NCBI RefSeq assembly: GCF_000196355.1
Contig: NC_007614.1
Location: 450,001-482,000 of the forward strand
Direction of reading: 5' to 3'
Length of the DNA: 32,000 nt
Source: Nitrosospira multiformis ATCC 25196
GTDB taxonomy: Bacteria; Pseudomonadota; Gammaproteobacteria; Burkholderiales; Nitrosomonadaceae
The position numbers were made by a program, and so were the translations under genes. The notes under the pieces were generated by a model. The model worked only from the letters and a program-made list of their open reading frames with translations. It did no database searches and was not told where the DNA came from. Positions 17,209 to 26,739 of the stretch are shown one piece after another (position 1 is the first letter of the stretch; every line of letters starts with the position of its first letter).

Positions 17209-19149
17209 CTATTCGTGAATCATGAAATTAATAGGTCCTGAACCTAGTTGCCGAACCGGATCAGGATTGGCGAGCATCTTCCCGATCTCGATGCTGTCTC
17301 GGACGCATTCGAGATTATCCTGCCACATGCCGACGAGAATGACGGGTCGCGTCGTAGGGGATTCCGACGGATACCAGAGATCGTACATGGCGCCGCTGTC
17401 GCCGAATATGTTGCGCGAACGTATTTCCATGGGTTTGCCCCGATTATAGAAAGTGACGATGCTGGCCACGGACCACTTGCTCATGCCCACGACGATGGGC
17501 TCCTGGCCGGTTTGCCGCCGCGTATCCTCTACAATCTGCTCGATGCCCATCGTTGCCTGGCGCCAGAAATAATGCTCGGGGAAACCTTTATATATGCCCT
17601 GGTAGGGAATGCCTGGGAAGCCGAGAACGAGGTAGTGCAGTGCAATCGCATAACAAACCAGGCATGCCAGAATAGTGGGCCTCCAAGCTGCCATTACCCG
17701 ATCCGCAATCGTCGGGTTACCAGAGAAATTTCGCATTTTCCCCATCATCGAAGCCATGGCAGGCAGTGCCATAAGCCATAGCGGCCCGGTCCAGTGGAAC
17801 CGCTGGGTGTCGAAAATGCTGAGAATCAGGAAGATCGCCAGCGGCACGCCGGTGAATACCATAATGAACAGGCGGCGCCTGCAAATGGAGACGCTATTAT
17901 TCTGCCGGGTGCCGGGCAGCAATACTAGCGCGGCAGCGAGCAAGCCGGTCGGCGTAAGCAGTACGGCAAAATGAAGAATCAATTCGAATAATCCGAACTC
18001 GTCATCTCCTACGCCCCTGACGCGGCCGGACTGGAACAATATCGACATCCAGCCATGCTCCATGTTCCAGATAATTACGGGGGAGAACAAGAGCAGTGCA
18101 AGCAGTACAGCGAGGTACGGATAAGGATGGCGCAACCAGCGGCGTGCAACCGGGTCGATAATCACAAAAACCAGTGCGGCAATACCCACCAAACCCAGGG
18201 TATACTTGGAGAGAATGCCCAGACCGAAGGCAATGCCCACCCCGAGCCAAGCCCGCTCCCGCTGGGCGATCAGGGCCTGCTCGAGATAGTACAGAGTTGC
18301 AGCCCACGCGGCCACGAGCGGCGCATCTGTCGTCATCAATGCGCCAGTAGCAAAGAAAAAGGGAAGAATCGCAAGCAGCAGCACAGCGCGAATCCCCGTT
18401 GCGCTATCGTATAGATTGCGTGTGAGCGCAAATAAATACCCCATTGTTATCAAGCCGCACAGGAATGCTCCGACCCGGACGCCAAATTCGCTGTTTCCAA
18501 AAATGGATGTGCCAAGCCATATCAACCAGGCAACCATAGGTGGGTGATCGTAGAAACTCAGATCCATGTGCTGGGCGTAATTCCAGTAATATGCTTCATC
18601 AGGAATCAGTTGCGCCACGCCAATGTAGATGAGGCGCAACAGGATGACAAATGCGATGATCCCGAAAGAGGCGATGCGCCAGTCTGCCTCAGGCGAGGGT
18701 AGGGCGTTCCCGCTGGGGATCACGTAGAAAACAGATCCCAGATACAACATTACGGCTGTGGCCGCGATTGCAGGGAGTATGGCCGCAGCCGGCGGTATAT
18801 CCCAGGCCTGGATTAGCACCGCTAATAGGCCGCCGCGCACGGAAAGCGCCAGCACACAGATAACCAGGAAGCGGCCGAGCTCAGTCCATCTGGAATAGCC
18901 CGCGAGGTCGTATAAAAGCCGCGGTCTCGAAATAAACCAGTAGTGCAAGGTCGCAGCCGCGAGGAAGCCCACGATATGCGACAGGGCGAGGTTTGCCCCA
19001 TAGCTCATCAGCGACTCGAACAGCAGTCCGTCGAGGAACGCGGCCAATAACCCTGGGACTGCAAAACGACTGTGATCCGGAAATAGGGGACGTCGCCCAA
19101 CTCCAGCCAGCTCAAGCATTTTTTCCTGCTCCTTTGGAAACCATATCAA
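17209..19149 (-). CDS. GtrA-like domain fused to an ArnT/PMT_2 (GT39/GT83-like) glycosyltransferase; C-terminus replaced by IS sequence
   Basis: The first ~130 aa are a four-helix GtrA-like region. Then 'LIPDEAYYWNYAQHMDLSFYDHPPMVAWLIWLGTSIFGNSEFGVR...LILSIFDTQRFHWTGPLWL'. The last residues 'GSGPINFMIHE' are encoded inside the IS right end. Confidence 0.88.
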   Translation of the reverse strand: MIWFPKEQEKMLELAGVGRRPLFPDHSRFAVPGLLAAFLDGLLFESLMSYGANLALSHIVGFLAAATLHYWFISRPRLLYDLAGYSRWTELGRFLVICVLALSVRGGLLAVLIQAWDIPPAAAILPAIAATAVMLYLGSVFYVIPSGNALPSPEADWRIASFGIIAFVILLRLIYIGVAQLIPDEAYYWNYAQHMDLSFYDHPPMVAWLIWLGTSIFGNSEFGVRVGAFLCGLITMGYLFALTRNLYDSATGIRAVLLLAILPFFFATGALMTTDAPLVAAWAATLYYLEQALIAQRERAWLGVGIAFGLGILSKYTLGLVGIAALVFVIIDPVARRWLRHPYPYLAVLLALLLFSPVIIWNMEHGWMSILFQSGRVRGVGDDEFGLFELILHFAVLLTPTGLLAAALVLLPGTRQNNSVSICRRRLFIMVFTGVPLAIFLILSIFDTQRFHWTGPLWLMALPAMASMMGKMRNFSGNPTIADRVMAAWRPTILACLVCYAIALHYLVLGFPGIPYQGIYKGFPEHYFWRQATMGIEQIVEDTRRQTGQEPIVVGMSKWSVASIVTFYNRGKPMEIRSRNIFGDSGAMYDLWYPSESPTTRPVILVGMWQDNLECVRDSIEIGKMLANPDPVRQLGSGPINFMIHE

Positions 19150-19344
19150 GTTGACTTTGTTCTGTTTTTCTCGCTTGTGCCGATTTTATCTATTCTGCTC
19201 TCGGATAAGATAGAAGATAACTCTGGAATTCATTTTTGTCCCCCTCATCTTGTAGCACAAGTTCGCTATACGGAGGCTTGCAGACTCTGATTCAGCTATC
19301 ATTCCGGCGTCGTCGGAATACTGGCTGCGTCTTCTGTTCACCGC

Positions 19345-20058
19345 TCAACCTGTATGGCCGGTCAATCCGGTGTCTGCGTAGTAATGCCGGATTGGATGCA
19401 GGTTATCGTCAAGCTCATAGATCAGTGGACGACCAGTGGCCACTGACAATTTTATGAGCTGAATAATGGATAGGCCATCCAACTGCATTATCAACCCTCT
19501 CAGGATATGCTTGTGGGCGACAATGAGCACTCGCTTGCCGCGCTGGATTTCCGGGGTGATTGTTTGCTGCCAGTAAGGCAGCATTCGCGCGAAGGCTTGT
19601 CGCATGCTCTCACCAAGCGGCAGTTCCCCAGGATCGATGGTTGCATAGCACGCCTGGTTTCCGGGAAAACGGATATCGGCAGGATCAAGTGGGGGTGGCG
19701 GAGCATCAAAACGGCATTGCGAACTGAGAATAGGGCAAAAGCCGTATTTCCTGATTGCCTTCCAGCGATTGATTCCTTCCAGAGCCCCATAGTGGCGTTC
19801 ATTCAAGCGCCAGTTTCGTTGCACCACCGGTTCATCCTGCCCCATGACCGATAGCACGATGCGGAGCGTGTCATTCGCGCGGCTGAGCTCGGAGGTGAAG
19901 CAGATATCGAACTTGTGTCCTGCTTTTTTCAAGAGATTGCCCGCCTGCTCTGCCTCCCGCTCGCCTCGGGGCGTCAAAGGAGCATCCCCCCACCCGGTAA
20001 AGCATCCGTCGCGGTTCGAGACGCTTTCTCCATGTCGCAGCAGAACGAGTTGTGTCAT
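19345..20058 (-). CDS. Histidine phosphatase / divergent 2,3-bisphosphoglycerate-dependent phosphoglycerate mutase (GpmA-like)
   Basis: '[33 protein letters not shown]', '[22 protein letters not shown]', '[16 protein letters not shown]', '[14 protein letters not shown]', '[14 protein letters not shown]'. Confidence 0.85.
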
Positions 20059-20327
20059 ATAGGGTTTGCTTCTCGATTAGGGAATGGATTCGACATGGGC
20101 ATGCTCCGGGGGGGGACAGCATCTCTTTTGCATGAGGGTGTCATTTGATCTGAAATTTCGATGATATGTAAAACATAGACAAAATACCGGGAAAAAACTA
20201 CCCCAGTTCGCGATGAAGGCGGGTGCCAAATAACCCGGGTCGGAACAGATATCTGATCGGGGAACGGGGAATGTGGCAATAGCCCAGTTTCCCCAGGTTT
20301 TCTGAAGAGGCGCACATTATCAGGGTA

Positions 20328-20786
20328 TCAAGGCCAACAGGAGATGAGCTGCTCCTTTATCAGCCGATTGGTGTCGGCATCCGTCTTTGTAGCCTTGTTG
20401 AAGTCTGGCGGACCCGGCCAGCCGGAATCGATGAATTTCACGCCGTTGAAATAGCGGCCTTCCCCATATCGCGGAATGACATGAAAATGTACATCCGGAT
20501 CGACCATCATCAGCATGAGGTAGTTGAGCTTGTCGTAGTTGAATGCTTTAGCCAAAGCCGATTCCAGCTGGCCCGTTATTTTGTGAAGCTCAGTAAAGCT
20601 TTCCTGACCAAGCTGGGAGAAGGAGCGGGCTGGCTCATGCGCAGCAAGAACGAGAGAACCCAGGGTCACCTGGATTGGACGCAGCATGACGATCCAGTGC
20701 TGAAATTGATGAATGATTGTCCCCGGCGCGCCGAATTTCCGCATCGTGGGATTTAGGATTGCGGTACCGGAGGGGGTGGGAGTCAT
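20328..20786 (-). CDS. HIT (histidine triad) family protein
   Basis: 'HQFQHWIVMLRPIQVTLGSLVLAAHEPARSF' and the terminal triad 'DPDVHFHVIPRY'. The exact start is uncertain. Confidence 0.8.
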   Translation of the reverse strand: MTPTPSGTAILNPTMRKFGAPGTIIHQFQHWIVMLRPIQVTLGSLVLAAHEPARSFSQLGQESFTELHKITGQLESALAKAFNYDKLNYLMLMMVDPDVHFHVIPRYGEGRYFNGVKFIDSGWPGPPDFNKATKTDADTNRLIKEQLISCWP

Positions 20787-21180
20787 TTAGCACCTTCTAA
20801 ACGGGGGGTTTTGCTGATGGGTTGAATATGTGGACCATGCGGATCGGCCCAATGGAGGCAGCATCAAAAGTTTTCCAGAATAGCATGAACCCATGAATAA
20901 ATCCCTGCAGGCGCGAGTATGACTTTACGGGATGATCATGGAAAAACAACCCCGGTTATGTGCGCTGGCACACATACACTTTTACTGCCGAGTGAAAGAA
21001 TTTTGCTGATCCGAAAAAACGCTGCCGACGATCGGCTTGCTGCTTGACTGCCATTCAGCCACGCTTCAAGAGCCTGCTCACGCGCGGGCTTGCCCGGGGT
21101 TCTTCAGCGAGCATGACAAAAACTAGAAATACATTGCTCTTCCCATTTTTTGACATCTCGTCGAAGGAAGCTGAAAGACC

Positions 21181-22503
21181 ATGAAGATTGTGAATGATCT
21201 GGGTATCGACAGGATCACCCGGGACTTGAGCGGTGCCATGTGGATCTTTGGTCGCTTGCGTGAAGACGATAGCTCCACGGCGACTTTTATCCACCGCTGC
21301 TTCCAGCGCGAGATCTGGCGCGAGATCAGGTTACGCGACAGGATCGCGATGTGCGCAGTTTTGCCAGCCGTACCGCTCGTCATCATGGGGGTGACCGCTG
21401 TCTTCACCGCGCTCAACGGATCGGCTATAAAGAGACGCACGGGAAAAGGAATCATCCGGCAGATTCGCGAGCAGATCGAACTTGCGCTCCACTGTGCGAT
21501 CCTGTCTCCCTGGTACTACATCTTCGAGTTGCATGACGATGACAAGAAGCGGCACGCCGGAGAGTATCTGAATCGCCTCGAAACCAAGGCCGGACTTTAT
21601 CGCTTCCTGCGCGATTACAATGGCGGTCTTCCTGTTCCTGCTGTGCGAAGCACTCCCTGCATTTCCGACAAATCGTGCTTCATGGCTCGTTGCCGCGAGC
21701 ATGGAATCATGACAGCCCCTGTATTCTTCAAGATCATGGGAGAGAAGGTCACAGCAGTGGATTGGAATGGCACCGGCCTGCCGGAGACCGATCTCTTTGT
21801 AAAGCCATCGCATGGGCGGGGCGGTAGAAATGCGACTCGCTGGATTTACCTCGGTTCAGGGCAGTACCGGCGCAACGATGGCGAGATTCTGACCGGAACT
21901 CAGTTGCTGGAGCGCTTGCGACTGGAATCACGGCAAAAAGCTTTCCTGATTCAGCCTCGGCTTCTGAATCATGAGGATATCGCAGATCTTGCCAATGGTA
22001 CGCTGGCGACAGTGCAGGTAATGAGCTGCCGTAACGAGCGGGGCGAATTTGAAGTAATCAATGCAGTTTTTCGGATGGCCCGGAAAAAATCCGTGATAGT
22101 GGACAATTTTCACGCTGGAGGAATTGCAGCCAACGTCGATATTCGCACCGGTGAATTGGGGAGAGGAACCGGTGGCGCGTGGGGCGCCACTGCTGATGGA
22201 TGGTACGAGCGCCACTGCGAGACGGGGGTGCAGATCCTGCACCGGAAGCTTCCATGCTGGCCTGAGCTGGTCGATCTCGTGCAATACGCTCACGCCAGCG
22301 CCTTTTCCGATCAGGTGGTAATCGGATGGGATGTTGCCCTGCTCAACAGCGGACCGTGCATAATGGAGGCCAACAAGGCGCCTGATCTGGACATTATTCA
22401 GAGAGTGGGAGGCGGTCCGGTTGGCGAGCAGCGACTGGGAAAACTTCTGGCATTTAATCTCAGACGAACCGTCGAGACTAAATACAACAGGCCTGCCCCC
22501 TAG
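21181..22503 (+). CDS. Sugar-transfer-associated ATP-grasp protein (paralog 2, canonical motifs)
   Basis: Co-linear paralog of 13465..14769: 'ETDLFVKPSHGRGGRNATRW', 'FLIQPRLLNH', 'QVVIGWDVALLNSGPCIMEANKAPDLDI'. Purine-rich RBS candidate before the ATG. Confidence 0.83.
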   Translation: MKIVNDLGIDRITRDLSGAMWIFGRLREDDSSTATFIHRCFQREIWREIRLRDRIAMCAVLPAVPLVIMGVTAVFTALNGSAIKRRTGKGIIRQIREQIELALHCAILSPWYYIFELHDDDKKRHAGEYLNRLETKAGLYRFLRDYNGGLPVPAVRSTPCISDKSCFMARCREHGIMTAPVFFKIMGEKVTAVDWNGTGLPETDLFVKPSHGRGGRNATRWIYLGSGQYRRNDGEILTGTQLLERLRLESRQKAFLIQPRLLNHEDIADLANGTLATVQVMSCRNERGEFEVINAVFRMARKKSVIVDNFHAGGIAANVDIRTGELGRGTGGAWGATADGWYERHCETGVQILHRKLPCWPELVDLVQYAHASAFSDQVVIGWDVALLNSGPCIMEANKAPDLDIIQRVGGGPVGEQRLGKLLAFNLRRTVETKYNRPAP

Positions 22504-23285
22504 CGCTGCAAAGTTACGCTTCTACTCAGCTTCTTCTCGCTGAAGAGCTCTTCTGCCTTTATCAGATCAGCGGGAAAATCAATTTCACACCAGGAGCTTT
22601 CCGGTACAAAACACGCTTTTACCAGTTGTCTGCTGGCAAGGTTCTCTATTATGGAGAGATACCAGGCTTTGAGTCCACTCTGATGTCGCAGCGCTTCCTC
22701 CAGGGTATCGCGAAAAAGCAGCGGTCCACGTTCTCTGAAAAGAACAAGGCCGACAGATTCGGCATCGATCCGATCTGCCGGCAGCGTTTTGCTGACATGT
22801 CTGACCCATCCGTTTTCATCCAGTTGGACTTTCATGTCATCCGCATCATAGGCAGGTTTTTGATCTACACCGAGCGTAACAGGCGCTGGATCAGAGTTCA
22901 GCACTCTCGCCAGTAAAACTTCCTCAAACAGCGTATCCCCGTTCAGAAGCAGAAAGTCGCGGTCCATGGCCGATCGGGCGATCCAGCAACTCACCAGGTT
23001 ATCCGTAATACTGAAAAAAGGGTTGAAAACGGTCTCGATCCTTCCATCGTTTCCATAACGCTGTTGCAATAAAGTTTCAATCAGGCAGGATTGGAAACCG
23101 GTGATCACTGTCACCAGGTTGATCCCTGTTGACAGCAGGGCATCGATCTGCCATTCGATGATAGGTTTGCCGGAAATTGGCAACAGGCATTTGGGAATAC
23201 TGGTTGTCAGTGGACCCAGCCGGTGCCCCTGGCCGGCGCTCAGAATAATCGCCTTGACAGGAGGTTTTTCTTCGCTACCCGCCAT
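22500..23285 (-). CDS. Nucleotidyltransferase (LicC/phosphocholine cytidylyltransferase-like or sugar-1-phosphate NTP transferase)
   Basis: 'VKAIILSAGQGHRLGPLTTSIPKCLLPISGKPIIEWQIDALLSTGI', 'NPFFSITDNLVSCWIAR', 'DFLLLNGDTLFE', 'WCEIDFPADLIKAEELF'. Confidence 0.83.
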   Translation of the reverse strand: MAGSEEKPPVKAIILSAGQGHRLGPLTTSIPKCLLPISGKPIIEWQIDALLSTGINLVTVITGFQSCLIETLLQQRYGNDGRIETVFNPFFSITDNLVSCWIARSAMDRDFLLLNGDTLFEEVLLARVLNSDPAPVTLGVDQKPAYDADDMKVQLDENGWVRHVSKTLPADRIDAESVGLVLFRERGPLLFRDTLEEALRHQSGLKAWYLSIIENLASRQLVKACFVPESSWCEIDFPADLIKAEELFSEKKLSRSVTLQR

Positions 23286-23407
23286 ATTGCAATCCGCTCC
23301 CTCGAAATCGAATAAGCTCTGAAGTTATATTTTTAAAGCATTGCCGGGTTTGTATCTGGCCGCTTGACGTGGAGTGAGTGGAGATGCGGCTGAGAATGAG
23401 GCTGTAT

Positions 23408-24049
23408 TCAAAGGAGTAACGGGCTCAGGTCGGGCAGCACATCTACATGCGCTGGAAAAGGATTTTGATCGCCAGGACGTACACGGCCTATAAACGCGAC
23501 ATTGTTGACCATGGCGCTCTGATAATCGATCAAGGCGTCTCCGATCATCAGCACGCGCTCTGGCAGGAGGCGATGGGTAGTCAGGATATCTGCGATCAGT
23601 TTCTGCTTGGGAGTGGGTGAACCGCGCACAGCAGTAAAATAGGACTCCAGACCACGGCGAACAACGATCGTATTCAATTCGGTTTCCGGGGTACCGGATG
23701 CAACAAACAAGGGAATACGCCCCGCTTCACGCTGGATCAGCTCCGCTGCGCCTGGAACCGGGGCGCTGGCAATCACAGCTTCGACCACCAGTTCGGAAAA
23801 GCGCTGATCGAGTTGCCGCTCCTCCTCCGCGGTGAGTGGAGGTTTTTCCAGCAGCATTTCCTGAAAGTAACGAAATTTCTGATAGCGCGACATGCCGCCG
23901 TTCAGGACATGATATTTCGCAACCTCGACCATTACCTCCTCGCCGTATTCCTGGTAGAGGTTGGCAAACGCCTGTGTCTTGATTTCTCCTGATTCGACCA
24001 CGACCCCGTCGAAATCGAAAATGATCGCTTGCCATGCAGCAGTCTTCAT
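23408..24049 (-). CDS. HAD-superfamily phosphatase (subfamily IA, phosphoglycolate phosphatase/beta-PGM-like)
   Basis: 'AIIFDFDGVVVESGEIKTQAFANLYQEYG', 'FVASGTPETELN', 'GSPTPKQKLIADIL', 'VLMIGDALIDYQSAMVNNVAFIGRV'. Confidence 0.88.
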   Translation of the reverse strand: MKTAAWQAIIFDFDGVVVESGEIKTQAFANLYQEYGEEVMVEVAKYHVLNGGMSRYQKFRYFQEMLLEKPPLTAEEERQLDQRFSELVVEAVIASAPVPGAAELIQREAGRIPLFVASGTPETELNTIVVRRGLESYFTAVRGSPTPKQKLIADILTTHRLLPERVLMIGDALIDYQSAMVNNVAFIGRVRPGDQNPFPAHVDVLPDLSPLLL

Positions 24050-24975
24050 GCCTTATTATCCGACGCCAGCGGTATGATCTCCTCATTTTCACCCGAATGG
24101 TGCATGCTCTGATGAATATCCTGAAGGCAATCCAGCAGCCCCTGGCCCAGATCGACATGCTCGTTCAGAACCAGCTTGCGGCCGATCCGCGGCTGATAAG
24201 CATAAGGCGTTACTTCGTAATGATGCCCCGCACGGGCCTCGTCGAAACGCAGATCGACTTTCCAGGGCATAATTTCTGAAATCATTGTCATTACATCCTT
24301 GATGTGCAACCGCTCCTGCCCTGTCAGGATCAGGTGACGATTCGCAAACTCCGGTGCCAGCACTTGTACGCTCATGCGCGCCGCATCTTCCACATGAATA
24401 TATTCCCGAATTGCTTCTCCACTGCCGTGATAAGTAATCGAGTGCTGTTCCAGCGCCTCGTACAGCATGCGGTAGATGCCGTTTCTCGCGTCGGCGCGTC
24501 GGCCATAGAGCGAGCCATAGCGCAAAATACTATACTCCAGGCCATAACGCTCGTGGTAGGTTTCGATGAAACGTTCCGCTGCCTGCTTGCTGGCCCGGTA
24601 AAAGGAACCCGATTCGGAATAGACGTAAATCGTGCTCGCGAAGACAAAGCGCCGGGCGCCGGCAAGACGCGCTGCTTCCAGTGTATGCATGTTACCCAGC
24701 ACATTGATGGTCGCCGTAGCGATGGGTTTTTCCTGTGCTTCGTCAATATCTGCAATGGCGGCAAAGTTGTAAACCACGTCAGCACCATGAGCCGCTTCCT
24801 TCACCTGCTCAAGATCCATGATATCGCCAATGATCATCTCCTGATCCGCGCGCTGGTAGCGCGATGGAGAGCGGTCGAACAGGCGCACCCGATAGCCCGA
24901 GTCGGAGAGCGCGTCGGCAACGTGACTGCCCAGAAAACCGCTGGCGCCATAGACAATGGCAATCTCGCTGGACAT
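24046..24975 (-). CDS. NAD-dependent epimerase/dehydratase (extended SDR)
   Basis: 'IVYGASGFLGSHVADALSDSGYRVRLFDRS', 'VVYNFAAIADI', 'FVFASTIYVYSESGSFYRASKQAAERFIETY', 'ILRYGSLYG'. Confidence 0.9.
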   Translation of the reverse strand: MSSEIAIVYGASGFLGSHVADALSDSGYRVRLFDRSPSRYQRADQEMIIGDIMDLEQVKEAAHGADVVYNFAAIADIDEAQEKPIATATINVLGNMHTLEAARLAGARRFVFASTIYVYSESGSFYRASKQAAERFIETYHERYGLEYSILRYGSLYGRRADARNGIYRMLYEALEQHSITYHGSGEAIREYIHVEDAARMSVQVLAPEFANRHLILTGQERLHIKDVMTMISEIMPWKVDLRFDEARAGHHYEVTPYAYQPRIGRKLVLNEHVDLGQGLLDCLQDIHQSMHHSGENEEIIPLASDNKA

Positions 24976-24983
24976 CTGCTGTT

Positions 24984-25931
24984 TTAACCTTTTTCCATTA
25001 CACCGGCTTCGATCAATCCGCGCACCAGATTTTCCGCGGCTTCCAGTTCCATACGCTGACGCGATTCCTTTGCAAGAGAGCCGATATGGGAGGTCAGTAT
25101 TGCGTTATCGCATTGCAGTAACGGGCCATGGTAAGGTTCCTGCTCGAAAACGTCCATTGCCGCTCCTCCAAGCTGCCCGCTGTTCAGGGCATCGGCCAGC
25201 GCTGCTTCATCTATCAGCCCACCCCGGGCGGTATTGATGACGATCGCGCCAGGCTTCATCCGTGCAAACGTTTTTTCATTCAACAGATGGTGAGTGTCCG
25301 CGTCGTAGGTCAGGTGCAGGCTGATGATATCCGCTTCGGCTATCAAGGTTTCGAAGGGTACCAGTTTCACGCCTTCCATTCCCGGAGGCATCTCCTTTAC
25401 ATAAGTATCGTGCGCCACCACCTGCGCTTCGAACGCACGACACAATCGGGCTACACGTGATCCTACCCGTCCAAGCCCCACAATTCCCACCTTTTGGGCA
25501 GCCAGCAGACCTCCCTGGGCCCGGGGCCACTGCCCCGCGCGAACCTGTTTATCTGTCTGGCATATCTTCCTCAATGCTGCCATTATAAGGGCCAGCGAGA
25601 GCTCGGCAACCGCCTGTGCGGGAGCTTCCGGCGTGTTCAACACCTTGATTCCATGCCGTTTCGCTGCGCCAAGATCGACGCTGTCGAGGCCGCTGCCGCA
25701 GCGCGATACGACTTTCAGGCTCCTCGCGCAGGAGAAAACCCGCTCTGTGAGAGGCTCCACGCCTGCGATCATTCCCACCGTATCTTCGCCCAGCAGGGCG
25801 ATAACCTCATCCTCGGTAAGTTTCCTCTTATGACTGTTTTCGGCAATGGGTATGCCCCTCTCCTGTAAAGGCCGGAGAGCACTATTATGGCTGACATCGA
25901 ATGACGAGGTGGAAATCGCAAGTTTGTTCAT
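24984..25931 (-). CDS. D-2-hydroxyacid dehydrogenase / phosphoglycerate dehydrogenase-like
   Basis: 'LKVVSRCGSGLDSVDLGAAKRHGIKVLNTPEAPAQAVAELSLALI', 'KVGIVGLGRVGSRVARL', 'MKPGAIVINTARGGLIDEAALADAL', 'GAAMDVFEQEPYHGPLLQCDNAILTSHIGS'. Confidence 0.9.
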   Translation of the reverse strand: MNKLAISTSSFDVSHNSALRPLQERGIPIAENSHKRKLTEDEVIALLGEDTVGMIAGVEPLTERVFSCARSLKVVSRCGSGLDSVDLGAAKRHGIKVLNTPEAPAQAVAELSLALIMAALRKICQTDKQVRAGQWPRAQGGLLAAQKVGIVGLGRVGSRVARLCRAFEAQVVAHDTYVKEMPPGMEGVKLVPFETLIAEADIISLHLTYDADTHHLLNEKTFARMKPGAIVINTARGGLIDEAALADALNSGQLGGAAMDVFEQEPYHGPLLQCDNAILTSHIGSLAKESRQRMELEAAENLVRGLIEAGVMEKG

Positions 25932-26689
25932 AGAGCTTCCCTGATGTTTTGCAGATGACTGCGGCAGACGGTATCGAGAATGCGGATATCCAGGCCATAG
26001 CCAAGAAAACTGAAGCCCGCCTCGATATTGCGGCGCAATTGTTCCGGATTGGGTTCGACTACATGAATGCCGCCTGCCTTGCCCGCGCGTCGCCCGGCAT
26101 CTTTTACCCGTTCTACCGCAGCCTGGACTTCCGGATCAGCGAGTTCTCCGGGACGGCCGAGCGATCCTGAAAGATCGTAGGGACCTATGATATAAGCATC
26201 GATTCCCGGAACGGAAAGAATCGAATCGATGGCATCGACTGCATCGATATGCTCGATCATGGCAATGATGACGGCATTTTCTTCCAGCCAGTGGCGATAT
26301 TGCTGAAATCGCGCGCCATACCCCTGGGCGCGTGCAAGCCCGACTCCACGTTGTCCGCGTGGAGGGTAATATACTGCGTTTACGGCCGCTTCGGCATCCG
26401 CCGCCGTTTTGATCATGGGTACCATTACGCCTGTCGCTCCTGCATCCATGACCCGCTTGATCTGATCAGGATGATTCGACGTCAATCGCACGATGGCGGG
26501 ACATGCACGGCTGTCGAGCACCTGGATCAGCATCTGAACTTCGCTCAGTTCCAGAACGCTGTGTTCCGTATCCAGCACCAGCCAGTCAAATCCCGCCGCG
26601 CCCATGATATCGGCGATGGAAGGATGTCCCAAAGTGATCCAGGAGCCGATGGTCAAGGCGTTGCGCGCCAGTTTTGCTTTTAATTGCAC
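25928..26689 (-). CDS. HpcH/HpaI-family aldolase (2-keto-3-deoxy acid class II aldolase)
   Basis: 'TIGSWITLGHPSIADIMGAAGFDWLVLDTEHSVLELSE', 'MDAGATGVMVPMIKTAADAEAAVNAVYYPPRGQRGVGLARAQGYG', 'MIEHIDAVDAIDSIL', 'GPYDLSGSLG'. Confidence 0.92.
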   Translation of the reverse strand: MQLKAKLARNALTIGSWITLGHPSIADIMGAAGFDWLVLDTEHSVLELSEVQMLIQVLDSRACPAIVRLTSNHPDQIKRVMDAGATGVMVPMIKTAADAEAAVNAVYYPPRGQRGVGLARAQGYGARFQQYRHWLEENAVIIAMIEHIDAVDAIDSILSVPGIDAYIIGPYDLSGSLGRPGELADPEVQAAVERVKDAGRRAGKAGGIHVVEPNPEQLRRNIEAGFSFLGYGLDIRILDTVCRSHLQNIREAL

Positions 26690-26739
26690 GTATGCACCTT
26701 GAGAAATGAAGTGCGTCTGAGAGAATTATGAAGTCCGCA

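Larger units (their letters stand above)
16402..17244 (-). mobile_element. Complete IS5-family (IS427-group-like) insertion sequence, 843 bp, with imperfect terminal inverted repeats and TA target duplication
   Basis: Left end GGCTCAGGACTCATTAATT (16402..16420). Reverse complement of the right end (17226..17244) is GGTTCAGGACCTATTAATT; 16/19 match. TA lies immediately outside both ends (16400-16401 and 17245-17246), giving CTAG context. It encodes a split DDE transposase. Confidence 0.93.
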
